Shown: piece after piece, positions 51,301 to 62,829 of the stretch
Numbering within the stretch: the first letter of the stretch is position 1
Layout: each line of letters opens with the position of its first letter
Assembly: GCF_964188315.1 (NCBI RefSeq)
Contig: NC_135661.1
Span: 51,026,001 to 51,090,000, forward strand
Direction of reading: 5' to 3'
Length of the DNA stretch: 64,000 nt
DNA from: Podarcis muralis
Lineage: Eukaryota
Position numbers and translations under genes: made by a program
Notes under the pieces: generated by a model
What the model was told of the DNA's origin: nothing
Database searches by the model: none
What the model saw: the letters and a program-made list of their open reading frames with translations, nothing else

Positions 51301-51969
51301 CCATATTCTGAAGTAATTGAAGATAACAAATAGTTTCCAAAGGCCTCTCCAAGTCCACTAGAGTAGTCAGACTTGGATTTTCCACAGCATGTATGGACAA
51401 GGCAAAGCTAACTCTGTCTAGGCAGGGCTATAGGTAGTATTGCAACTTAAGGTGAGGGAAGGTGCATGCATCCACAGCTGCAACATTTATATTGAAAAGA
51501 TTCAGCAAGAGAGACCTCTATAACTAAATGGACTTCTGCAACGGTATCACCTGATGGATTTGAAACCAATGATATACTTCTTATACTCATCAGAATGCAC
51601 ATTTGAACACAAGATGCTTCAACTGATACTACATTTGAACCAGCCCCTAGGAGACAAGTGGTGCCCATTTATAAACTACACTATATTATAGAAGATTCTT
51701 TTTAATGGATAATTGGTGACTGAGAGTATAAATGTTCACAACATAAGATTCTTACTCACAGCTTCCTCCCATCCTGTTCCATTAGTACAATCCAAGGACC
51801 TTTCCTCTTGTTCATTTATGCTGTTACTGATGCTTAGAAGGGTGTAAATCTGATTCCTCTCCCGCCTCTCATTTGGGTAGGTGCAGCGCAATTCTGTTTC
51901 CACAATTCTTGTATTTCCAGCGACTCTTTCAGACTCTATTTCATTTTGCTTCTGTTCAGAGGAAGTCAT
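45382..51969 (-). CDS. C16orf46: C16orf46 homolog, uncharacterised; complement(join(45382-46536,51760-51969)), 454 aa
   Basis: A 210-nt first coding exon ends GTGWEEA|GTGAGT and the next begins CAG|VQGWG, reproducing the human TGWEEA/VQGWG junction. LVLPPLK and C-terminal PSLTVSRV also match, as does the position next to ATMIN. Confidence 0.9.
47529..47580. repeat. (ACTAT)n pentanucleotide microsatellite, about 10 perfect units
   Basis: Directly visible in the C16orf46 intron. Confidence 0.95.
49030..49172 (+). mobile_element. tRNA-derived SINE with CR1-type 3' tail
   Basis: B box GGTTCGATCCCC, then GGTTGGACTAGATGATCCTCAGGGTCCCTTCCAAC and an ATTCTATGATTCTAT tail. Confidence 0.8.
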
Positions 51970-53044
51970 TACACTTGCTGACTCTGTAGGTTACACGCGC
52001 TCTGCCTGTGTTTTAAGGATTTTTTTAAAAAAGTAATAATACTGCAGTTAGACAATTTATTTTATAATAGCATGAATGAAACAAATTGGTATGTTTATTT
52101 TTTTACTGACCAGCTATTGCTGGGTGATAACAAGTACTTTTTACCTCTAAAATCCTTTAACAGAATACAAGGACATGCTTTTTTACCCCACCGGACAGGA
52201 GTCCTGCTGACTCAGGAACTACATAGCAGCTCTGCATCACAGCACCCACATTATTTCTAGACTTGTATGATAAAGAAGGGATTGAATAAAATTTTGTTTT
52301 GAGATGGGAGCTATGATGGTAAGCATTCCTTATTCCTATCTCACCCCTTCTAGCCTAGAACAAAGGAGCAGGTATTATTCCTCTCTACCCAGGGCTAATT
52401 TCTCAACTCTGTAGCCAAGCTGAATGATGCCCAGGGAAAATCAATCCTGCCCAGCCTCCACTCCTGAAAAGTATTCTAAATCTAAGTCAGGGGACACTCA
52501 GATTTCTTTTTGGAGCCCTTGGAATTCAACTAGCCAAGAGCCAAATATCCACTCCTTGTTCTCCAAGCCCCAAACCCACAAATTACTCAGTAGTGAAAAC
52601 CAGGTGCCAGATTTAGAGCAAAAGCCTACCACAAGAAGCCACAGCAATAGATAAAGACAAATACTTTATTAAGAGACCACAAGACTAAAATAGAATCCTT
52701 TTCATACTAAAAATTACAATTTAAGAAACAAAAAAACTTTTGGGAATTCAGGTACAGACCAAAAAGAACAGCATTAACTTGCCTCACCCTACCACCAACC
52801 CCGTAGTCACAGATCCCACCAGCAAGCTACATCCAAGTCGTTGCAACACAATCCTTCATTTGAATGGGGCCCCCCAAACTAAGTCAAAGGCTACTTATTA
52901 ATACCAAAAAGCCTGGTTACAAGGCAGATTTTTGCCAATCACAGCCTAGGGCCTAGTTTTCCCAACATTAGATAATGTACATATTGGAAAACTATCCAGC
53001 TGCTGCTACAAAGTTCATTTTTGCACCATTTCTATGACCTTGAA

Positions 53045-53433
53045 CAGGGGTCGGCAAGGCTTACCAGGCATGTGCCGGATCACTCCTGCGGAGATCCTCC
53101 GTGGGCCGGGCCGGTGCAATGCGAGAAATCATGTCTGTGCATGCCTGTGGCACCGGAAATCGCTTCTGCGCATGCCCAGACACCAAAAATCATGCCTGCG
53201 CAGAAGCAATTTTCGGCATCTGGGCATGCGCAGAAGCGATTTCCAGCGCCGCGGACATGCGCAGATGCTATTTCCAGCATCTGTGCATGCGCAGAAGCGA
53301 TTTCTGGAGCCACAGAAGAGAGTCCCCGCACCACGTCGGTTTAGCACAGCGCACAGGGACTCACCAAGCGGGCGGCTCGTGGGCCTGTTAAACAGCCTCT
53401 GTGGGCCACTTCCGGTCCATGGGCCAACCCCTG
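53045..53433. mobile_element. hAT non-autonomous element with internal GCATGCGCAGAAGCGATT repeats
   Basis: TIRs CAGGGGTCGGC and GCCAACCCCTG; TSD ACCTTGAA/ACCTTGAG (7 of 8 match). Confidence 0.85.
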
Positions 53434-53585
53434 ACCTTGAGCAATCCTGTAGCAGGCTCTCCACACTGGTGGCACATTATACTAATTAACTGGGACCCTT
53501 CCCTCAGAAAGACTACACCCAGAAGCCCAAGATGCTTCAAATAGATCAAAGAAATGGGAATTTATTTACAGATATCATCCCTATA

Positions 53586-53834
53586 CAGTGGTACCTCGGA
53601 AGTCAAACGGAATCTGTCCTGAAAGTCCGTTCAACTTCCAAAACGTTCGGAAACCAAGGTGTGGCTTCCGATTGGCTGCAGGAAGCTTCTGCAGCCAATT
53701 GGAAGCCGAGGAAGCCCCTTCAGACATTCAGGTTCCAAAGAACGTTCACAAACCGGAACACTCACTTCCGTGTTTGCGGAGTTGGGAGCCAAAACATTCA
53801 ACTCACAAGGCGTTTGGGATCCAAGCTACGACTG
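53586..53834. mobile_element. Tigger-like MITE
   Basis: CAGTGGTACCTCGG...CCAAGCTACGACTG flanked by TA. Confidence 0.85.
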
Positions 53835-54686
53835 TATTACTTTGTCCCCATCTTCCAAAAAAATCCTGTGGTTTGATGTGGGTGTAAGTTGGGTGTGTGG
53901 ATGTTAATGCTCCAGCCCACTGCCAAGACTGGACCAGCCACACAAACTGGCACAAGTTCCCCGAGTATCGCCCATCAGTTACATGTGCCCCTGAGGAACA
54001 GTAAGGTTGTCCACCCCTGCCTTAGAATGAAAGCAAACATCAGTTCTAAAGTGTGATGGAAACCTGTTTTTTAAAGTCCAGTGAAAAGATTGCATTGCTA
54101 GGCATTTGTCTTCAATGAAGAGAAGAGCATTAAAATTTTCACCACCTTACATAATGCTGGGGTCTGCAAACTATTTTATTAATTTTGGGGATGTTTTGCC
54201 TGGATTGGACAAGGAGCAGGGTCTGAGCATTGGCAGTTCTTATATGAAATGGGTAGCATGTGATGCCCATGAGTTTTTCTTCCATTTCCAAATATACTCT
54301 CAGGCCCCAAAACGTTGAGTACCCTGCAGTATAATGAATTGCTGTCTTCACCCTTAGCTTCACCACTGTCTTTCCCTACTTCCCCCATATGTTCTTCCTT
54401 CCCATAATTTAATACCATTTCTTTTTCTTTTAGAAGACAATTCCTCCCTCAGTTACACTGTTCAGAAAACAAGCTGTCAAGTGTTCTCACAGCAACCATG
54501 CCCATAGCTCAGCCCCTCATTTCAGAACTTGCTGACATGTCCCAGTAACTTGCAGGAGGGTGGATGGCAGTGACTGTGCACGGTCAGGGGCACCCTTGTC
54601 TTAAAGCACCAGTTACCTATGGGAAGACATTGGGGCTGGTCAGGAACACCCTTCTTTTTAAAAATCCCAGTTGTGTATGGCTAGCC

Positions 54687-55238
54687 CAGTGTTTCCCAAA
54701 CTTGGGTCTCCAGCTGTTTTTGGACTACAACTCCCACCATCCCTAGCTAGCAGGAACAGTGGTCAGGGATGACGAGAACTGCAGTTCAAAAACAGCTGGA
54801 GACCCAAGTTTGGGAAACCCCAACCTTTCTCATCCTTAGGTCCACAGATGTACTACAACTCCCCTCATCCTTGCCCACTGGTCTTGCTGGCTAAAAATGA
54901 TGGGTGTTGTAGTCCAACAACATCTGTGGACCCAAGGTTGAGAAAGGTTGGGCTAGACCAGTGTTCCCCAACCTTGGGCCTCCAGCTGTTTTTGGACTAC
55001 AACTCCCATCATCCCAAGCTAGCAGAACCAGTGGTCACGGATGATGGGAATTGTAGTCCAAAAACAGCTGGAGGCCCAAGGTTGGGGAACACTGGGCTAG
55101 ACCACTGTTTCCCAAACTTGGGTCTCCAGCTGTTTCTGAACTACAATCTCCATCATCCGTGACCACTGGTTCTGCTAGCTTGGGATGCTGGGAGTTGTAG
55201 TCCAAACACAGCTGGTGACCCAAGTTTGGGAAACACTC
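54687..55238. mobile_element. Tandem array of four palindromic hAT MITEs
   Basis: Units at about 54687-54820, 54820-54950, 54959-55094 and 55103-55238, bounded by the 8-mers GGCTAGCC, GGCTAGAC, GGCTAGAC and GGCTAGGC. Confidence 0.9.
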
Positions 55239-55249
55239 GGCTAGGCACT

Positions 55250-55820
55250 GGGGCTGAGCAAGAGTTCCAATTACTTTGTGGGAGCGCTCTGCACGCGCTC
55301 AGAGGTCCCCCGCCTCGCCTTGCTTTCCCGAACTGTCCCCGTGGCTTGGCTCCAGTTTCGGCCCGGTTCCCCTCCTCTGGCCCCCTCGGACTCACCCCAT
55401 AATAAGGCCTCCTTTCGGCGTTCCTCGTGCCCCTTCCTCCTCCCCCCGCAAGTCGTGTGACCCGCCTCAGCCTCCTCCTCCGCCTGCCAGTCCCCCACGC
55501 GGGACCCAGAGGGGAACACGGCGACGAGGGCACACCGACGGACGGACCAGGGGGTTGAGCGGCGGCGGCGGCGGCGGCAGCGCTGCTCCGGGAGGTGGGT
55601 GGGGCCTCCGCTGCGCTCACAGTCCCCTCGCCGCCCCGCGCCTCTGTCGCCGTCACCGCCCGCCCCCTCCCGCCTCAAAGCCGTTGCCCCGGGTGACGGG
55701 AGCGGTCGTTGTGAGGGAGGGGAGGAAGGCGCGGCGCGCGGGAGGAAAGGGGGCGGGGCCAAGGGGAGGCGGCGATTGTTTAGGAAGCCGGGCCTGAGGG
55801 CGGGCGGGGCGCGAGGGGTT
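55250..55820 (-). promoter_or_regulatory. CpG island, probable C16orf46 promoter and exon 1
   Basis: CpG-rich, GC box GGGGCGGGGC at 55750, (GGC)6 at about 55560-55578, and minus-strand donor GG|GTGAGT at 55396/55395. Confidence 0.75.
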
Positions 55821-56178
55821 CATTACCAGTATTGTCCCTTGCATTTATCTCCCACTTTTTCCTCCATGGGATTCAAGGTGGGCCACACGGTTCGCTCTCA
55901 TTTAATCCTCACAACAGCCCTGCGAGGTGGGTTGGGCTGGTTACTGGCCCGAACCAAGTCACCCAGCGTGTGATTTCCGTATGGCCGAGTTGGGATTTTG
56001 GACACCAGTCTCCCTGGTGCTAGTCTCACATGAAAACAGACCGTTACACCACGCTGGCTCTCAGCATCAGCATCATCCCATAAGCTCTGCAAGTTGAAAG
56101 CTAGCACATCAAGAAGTGAGCCAAGATAGAACATTAAGATAAAGAGTCCCTCCACCATGATGATCTTGGCCAGATTCT

Positions 56179-56357
56179 CATAGCTGTCAACTTTCAGATT
56201 TGAAAATAGGGATCAGCAGCCTCGAAAATAAGGGATCAGCTGCCTCCCCTGTCCCGGGGACCGTCTACGGGATATCTAACAATCCAGGATAGCAGCGGGA
56301 AACGGCGCTGGAATAAGGGAATTTCCCGCAAAAAAAAAGGGAAGGTTGACAGCTATG
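56179..56357. mobile_element. Young hAT-type MITE, 179 bp
   Basis: TIRs CATAGCTGTCAAC and GTTGACAGCTATG; perfect 8-bp TSD CAGATTCT. Confidence 0.9.
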
Positions 56358-57426
56358 CAGATTCTGCGTGTAACACTACTAGACCAATGGCCCTTCTTGG
56401 TCTAGAGTTGTTGGGAGATGGAGCTTTGCAGCAGCCAGAGGAAAAGGAGAGCTCAGCCATTCCCCTGGCAACTGTTCGCCGCATAAAACTGCCCCTCCCT
56501 GCTCCCCATCAGAAGTCTGAACATGTGCTTCCATCGCAAACACAGAGGGGACAGGCCACACATGCAACAAAATTCAGCTTCAAAAATGTATTGCTACTAG
56601 CAGCGAGGGTCAAGAGAGTCACTCCTTTAGCAATTTTCCGCTATGTCGAGATAATCTGTCACCTGGGAGTAAACATGTCAGTTCAGCTTCCTATGTGGCT
56701 GACTCATACAGTGAGCACCGTGCACTCAGAAGAAAACAGAAAAGTGTGTTACGAGGTGTACGTTTGAACCCGCATCATGTCTATGAAGCCAGCAATAACC
56801 CTACTGAGAGAAATGAAGCCTTTTGCGTGGAATCAGGACATGTGTCTATTTAAAATGCATATATACCTTTCACCCATATACTCGGCTAAGAAGCAGTCAC
56901 ACCAGGAAGTATAAACATATTAGTTTATTACACAGAAACAAAAGACAGTGGGTATATGAGTGTTGCTTTGGACAGCAAGTTTTACAGTTATGTAGGCGGC
57001 CAATATGATTCATAGTCACACACCTTAGTCTCAAAAAGAGTTCCCAGCTATCCAAAAACCTGGAGCGTGAGAAACAGATTCACACTAAAGAGAAATTAAA
57101 GAAATTAAATTAAGAGTCAAAGTGTAACTGATCTTATGAGCAAGTGTAGTGCAAAGTCAAGAATTTGAGATCTGTGCCTTCTGACAGGCCACATTCACAA
57201 CCATACATTTAAAGCAGTGATACAACTTTAAACAGTCATGGCTTCCCACAAATAATTCTGGGAGCTACAGTTTGTTAAGGGTCCTAAGAATTGTTAGGAG
57301 AATCCTATTTCCCACGCACAGCTATGATCCCCAGTGTTTCCTATGGGAAAATAAATAATGAATAATAATTTTATTATTTATACCCCACCCATCTGGCTGG
57401 GTTTCCCCAGCCACTCTGGGCAGCTT

Positions 57427-57670
57427 ATAGAAGAAGAGGAGGAGTTTGGATTTGATTTCCTGCTTTATCACTACCCTATGGAGTCTCAAAGTGGCTAACA
57501 ATCTCTTTTTCCTTACTTTCCCACAACAAACACTCTGTGAGGCAAGCAAGGCTGAGAGACTTCAGAGAAGTGTGACTGGCCCAAGGTCACCCAGCAGCTG
57601 CATGTGGAGGAGCAGGGACTTGAACCCGGTTTACCAGATTACAAGTCGTCTGCTCTTAACCACTACACTG
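57427..57670 (-). mobile_element. tRNA-derived CORE-type SINE
   Basis: A box GTGTAGTGGTTAAGAGC and B box GGTTCAAGTCCC on minus, TGGGTGACCTTGGGCCAGTC core, and a (CTT)n-like tail. Confidence 0.8.
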
Positions 57671-57697
57671 CATATATTGGACTACACTGCATATATA

Positions 57698-57939
57698 CAG
57701 TGGTACCTCGGGTTACATACGCTTCAGGTTACATACGCTTCAGGTTACAGACTCCGCTAACCCAGAAATAGTACCTTGGGTTAAGAACTTTGCTTCAGGA
57801 TGAGAACAGAAATCGTGCTCCGGTGGCGCGGCAGCAGCAGGAGGCCCCATTAGCTAAAGTGGTGCTTCAGGTTAAGAACAGTTTCAGGTTAAGAACGGAC
57901 CTCCAGAACGTATTAAGTTCTTAACCCAAGGTACCACTG
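57698..57939. mobile_element. Tigger-like MITE, same family as 23182 in opposite orientation
   Basis: TIRs CAGTGGTACCTCGGGTTA...TTAACCCAAGGTACCACTG with a TA TSD. Confidence 0.9.
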
Positions 57940-59364
57940 TATATGCATTAGATATAGCATATCTAAAAAATAATAAAAACATCAAGCATTGAAAACCTCC
58001 CGATACAGGGCTGCCTTCAGATGTCTTCTAAAGGTTCTGTAATTCTTTATCTCCTTTACATCTGAAGGGAGGGCATTCCACAGGAAGGGTGCCACTACCG
58101 AAAAGGCCCTCTGCCTGCTTCTCTGTAACTTTGCTTCTTGCAGTGAGGGAACCAGCAGAAGGCCCTTGGAGGAGGACCTCAGCATCTCGGCTGAGCGATG
58201 GGGGTGGAGATGCTCCTTCAGGCATACTGGGCCGAGACCATTTAGAAAAAGCCATGACTGTTTTAAGTCATACTTTAAATGTATGGTGTGAAGTCACCTT
58301 GTGCTCTTCCTCAGAATCCTACACCAGCAAGGAAACAGATCTCTCACCTGTTCCTTTGGTCTGCAGTCAAGCAAAGGTAAGTAGCAAAGGAAGAGTGGTT
58401 GAAGCTGTTGCTTGGGGTTTAAGTATACTTCGATCAAACCTAACTTCTATGGGAAGGGAAGGGGCTTACCTAGTGAGTAACAGAACACCAAAACCTTTGA
58501 ACTGTTGTTTGTACATATCTTCTGGTTTACTACTACCTTCCTGAGACACAAGTTTGAAATGAAGAGGACACAACCTTTAACCTTACAGTTCCTGGATCAT
58601 AAATTTAATCTTAAAAGAGATAATTGTCTGTATGAAATCTGGTTCCTACTTATAGAAGGTTTATGACTAGATATTTCTAGCCTAAGCAAAGTTAGGTTCA
58701 TATTGTTACAAAGTTTAAGGTAAGAATTCACATACCGGTAACTTGTTGCTGTAATAAGAGTCCACAAGCATGTTTTATTTTTATAACAGGTTTGAAAATT
58801 CAGAAAGAAAATTGTCCTTTGAACATCTTACCAAAAATGGAGTGATCTATTCATGATCACAAAACTGGCTTACAATTTAGAAGTGTCTGGTCAATAAAGG
58901 TGCTAAACATGTTTCTGTGACAGAGAGTGACAATCATATATTCCCAGTGCTCAGTCCTTCAGTTTTTAAAATATTTTCTTTTCTGCTATGAACTTTTATG
59001 AACGGTTATGAACAGGTGTGTTCTGCAATAAGGTCATTTCAGTGAACATTAACATGACTGTTATTTACACAGCAGAAAGGGTGTTCCTTGTTTTAATCAA
59101 AGCAGTGTGACATAATCAAAAGTGAAGTGAGACCATTTAAACCTCCTTGGCTCATCTGTAGATTTTTCTTTTTAAAATCCTGCATGTCTGTCTAAGCAGG
59201 AACAAGCCCTAGAGGAAAATGATAACCACCACACTAAGGGCATGAACACATGACTGCAGTGAAAAATCAGAGTGACTCAGGAAACTCTGAAAGAAGTGCC
59301 TTCATATTCCCCTGAGCTAAAGATACGTATTATCAAAACAAAGAATGTATTGTAGTCATTTATT

Positions 59365-59760
59365 ATTTATTTATCATTTTTATAGTATGCCCTTCATCCA
59401 AAGGTTGTAGGGTGGAAATGCATAAAATTAAAACCAGAAGTTAAACAGTAATATTTAAACAAGCCAACATAAATTATGTGTTAAAAAAACAGCAGCAGCA
59501 ATTTTTAAAAATCGAGTCCAGTGTACCTCACCCTTCCCCAAAAGCCTGAGCAAAGAGATGCCTCTTCACCCAACGAAAAAGCAAGAGCAATGTCATGGTG
59601 AGATGCAGTTCAGAAGAGAGGTCCTTCCAGAGGCAGGGAGCCAGTACTAAGAAAGCACACTTAGTCCCCACCCCATGGATCTCACTGGGTGAGGAGATCA
59701 CTACCAGGGCTTCCACTAGAGATATTTGCGCACAGGCAGGGTGATACGTTCTTTAAGAAA
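59365..59760 (-). mobile_element. Older L2 3' fragment
   Basis: Minus-strand translation CAFLVLAPCLWKDL resembles RAFSxxAPxLWNxL, with a TTTATT-rich tail on the left. Similar old pieces occur near 5690-5935 and 47850-48130. Confidence 0.6.
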
Positions 59761-62700
59761 CTCGGGATTTAAGTTTGTCACAACCCTTGAATCCAGCAGC
59801 AATCCAAACACAAGAGTCAGAGGCTGCTGAGGCATCAGATGAGGAAACCAAGTTGAAGGCTCTGACTGGAGGTCAGGAGAGCACTGCACCCAAGGAGGCC
59901 AGATAGGAGCCGTCAGAAGAATATCCAGGACCATCAGAGACACTAGGTGTTGAGGCAAGATTCTGGCAGGCACCTTCCATTCAGCCTGGGGAACCAAATG
60001 GCTCCCACAGTACCTCAGTGCTCCAGCAGGACAGGGTGCTCACAAGGCAGAAGGTGATCGAAGGGTGGAGAAGGGCAGATTAGAGGGCTGGTCCTTTAAG
60101 AATCTGAAGACTCTTAAAGTGGGCAAAAAGGTAGTCTGGAGGCAGAGGCTTAGAAGGCTCCAGTCTGTTCTCGGCTTCTTTCAGAAGTTCAGAACAAGTC
60201 ACCGACTCAGGTCTATCAGTGGTCCTGCAACCTGCCTTGCTCCATGGGAGTGGGTGTCAGAGCAAAACACAACAAATGTAATCTACTGCAGACTGCTTTC
60301 TCTGCTACACTAATGTTTCTTTCACAAAGACACTGTGCTTTCTACCCACCCACCCCGCAAAAAAATTCCATTTTCTACATGAGGGCCCTAGCTCCTTGTG
60401 CCTACACTGCCATTGAAGTTATAAAATCACTACCCTGAAGTCTGAAGTCAAACAGTTCTTGTGATTGTCTTTCAGAAAGGCCATGAAACCCAGCTCTTTC
60501 CCAAAAGTCTCTGACAAAGTGGGCATTTCTGATTCTGCAAGAATGCACCACTTTTGGCTGCTGCCATTTATGTAATTTTAAATTGTGTTTTGTTAATATT
60601 GTGTTATTTTATTGGAAGTAATCTCAAACTTTTTAAAAGAAAGATACAAATGTTCTAAATGTGTGTGTGTGTGTGTCTGTGTCAAATAGTTATACACAGA
60701 GATTACCTTTGCTAAATTATTTCTCCAGCTATAGAGGTTTGGCAACAGTGTATCTGACATTGCTCAAGAATTCTGAGAAACTAAAAAAAACAGTGTAGTT
60801 TTGAAGTCAGTAGTTAAAAGCAATGGTTTAGAAACATTCAGTCCATCATCTTGAATCAAAATGGCATCCAATCATACCCAAACATAGAACAAAATCTGCT
60901 CCTTGATCACAGACATCATCAGGCCAAATTTGGTAATGATGGTTTAAAAGGTGTCCAAATGCATAGAGAACAGATGAATGGAAAAACTACTTTCTGAAAC
61001 AAATAGATACAAGAACTGAGAGAATCTTTGTCACAGAAATTTGGCAACATCCCTTCCCTTCCCGCCCCACCCCCAAAAATACAGAAGGAAAAAAATAATT
61101 ACACTTACTTAGTCCTCTCTCCTTCTATATTTATCCAAATTACAGTGCAAGTAAGGGGGGACTTTATTAACTAATTCTGAAATATTTTATCATGCTTTAA
61201 AAGCTGCTTCTTTTCTACATATATTGTAATTCCTCTTCTGACACAAACACTAACATTAGAGTTTAGTGGTTTACACAAGATAGCAGCTTTGTAAATGATC
61301 TGAAATTCATTAAAAATTGGCCATGTTTCTCAGTGTTTGAATAAGGATAACCAATTGTTTACAAAAACCTAATTAGTTTAATTAGGTATTGTATTGATGT
61401 TTGGCACCTTAGGATGCAAAATCCTTTGCCAGATAATGGATTCCACACTTTCAGCAAGCATGCCTTGCTTAGAATGAGAAGTCCCCAAGGAACACTGCTA
61501 TTTCTGCCAAAGTATGTGGACATAAAAGAGTTTTCAGACAAAAACCGTTGGCTATTCTTTATCTGAGGCTGCATAATTTCACATGAGCTATCACAGGCAT
61601 CTAATAATCCTAAGAGCCTATGCTTTATTTGTACATGGTGTGCAAATTGCTCTCCTGAGCAATTGCTCTCCTGAGCACTGAAAGGATGACCCTTTTTACA
61701 AAAAGTGCAAAGATTTTCCAGATAGCTTCTCCACAAGCAGCTTAAAAACCACCCTATCAGAGAGTTAGCTACCATCACCTGCTGAATAAAGAGCAGTTCA
61801 ACTCTACCATGGTTAAAAGGCCCAAGGTGTGATGTGAGATAATATCGGTTGTACAGACTCCCCTTTGATCAAACCACACAAGCTGTACTTTAAACAAATG
61901 TTTGTTTTATTAACAGAATATATGGAATATCTAGAACATGAAATTGTATTAAACAAAAAAAAAAAAGTTACTTCTCATTTCTAAACTTTCCCTACTGATG
62001 AATATAGCAGACATGGATCAGCCTAAAATCATCAATCTTTCCTTCTTCCCTCCTGGCAGATGACCAGCATAAACTTCAGGCAGTTGAAGACTCTGAACAC
62101 AGGACTCGGTTAACCCTTTGTAGTTTTTTGTGCAATGCCAAAATTTGACACCCCGTACTCCATCCAAAAGCATATTTGTGGCGTTCCCAAGGCTCCACGC
62201 CCAGTGCGACCAAACTGATCGTGCACCCCTAAATCTGCCTCTGATACCTGCATTTAGATCAGGAATGGCAGATAAGAAACCTACTTAGTGATATTTTGGT
62301 TTGTTGTTATTTGCACTAGTATAGAAGATAATATGGAATTCCTTTGTTGTCACGTCTCTTTCGTCCATAATTATTGCTGCTCTAGCCACCTCCAGATTCC
62401 TCTGCCTGAATCCTGTTTAAATTTTTTTTGTTAGATTAAGGGTTCAGGTGGAAACGACAACAATCTTAACTCGGAGAGACATCAAAATGGCAGTGATGCT
62501 TGGTCTTTCCTATGCTTAGTCAAGCACAAGTCGCGTAGCTGCTCCCATGCACTATAATACAGGATTAGTTTCTCCGTTATTTATGCACTATAAATAAATC
62601 CATAAATCTCATTCACAAATCAAAACATGGAGGCTGCATTATATTTAACCGAGGAATATTGAACAGGTGACAAAATTCATTCTGCTCACATTGAACTAGC

Positions 62701-62829
62701 ATTATTTTCCTCCCCTGATCTTCCTTATTAAAACCATAATTAACTTTCTTTCAAGAAAATGGAACCAATCAAGCTCATTCGGCGCCTAATGAGTACCTTT
62801 TGTTCTTGACCGTGACTGAGCAGCTCTGC

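Larger units (their letters stand above)
57356..58245 (-). mobile_element. L2 3' fragment split into 57356-57425 and 57965-58245 by two later insertions
   Basis: Both pieces match the copy at 8326 and are collinear; minus-strand translation gives RQRAFSVVAPFLWNALP. Confidence 0.8.

Noticed and set aside
54687-55238. Repeat-spacer appearance reminiscent of a CRISPR array
   Set aside because: Vertebrate DNA, with 130-bp palindromic MITE units and 8-bp TSDs; no unique spacers or cas genes.
61359-61778. 139-aa minus-strand ORF containing a perfect 16-bp tandem duplication at 61645-61676
   Set aside because: No homology recognised; a non-triplet duplication fits non-coding slippage.
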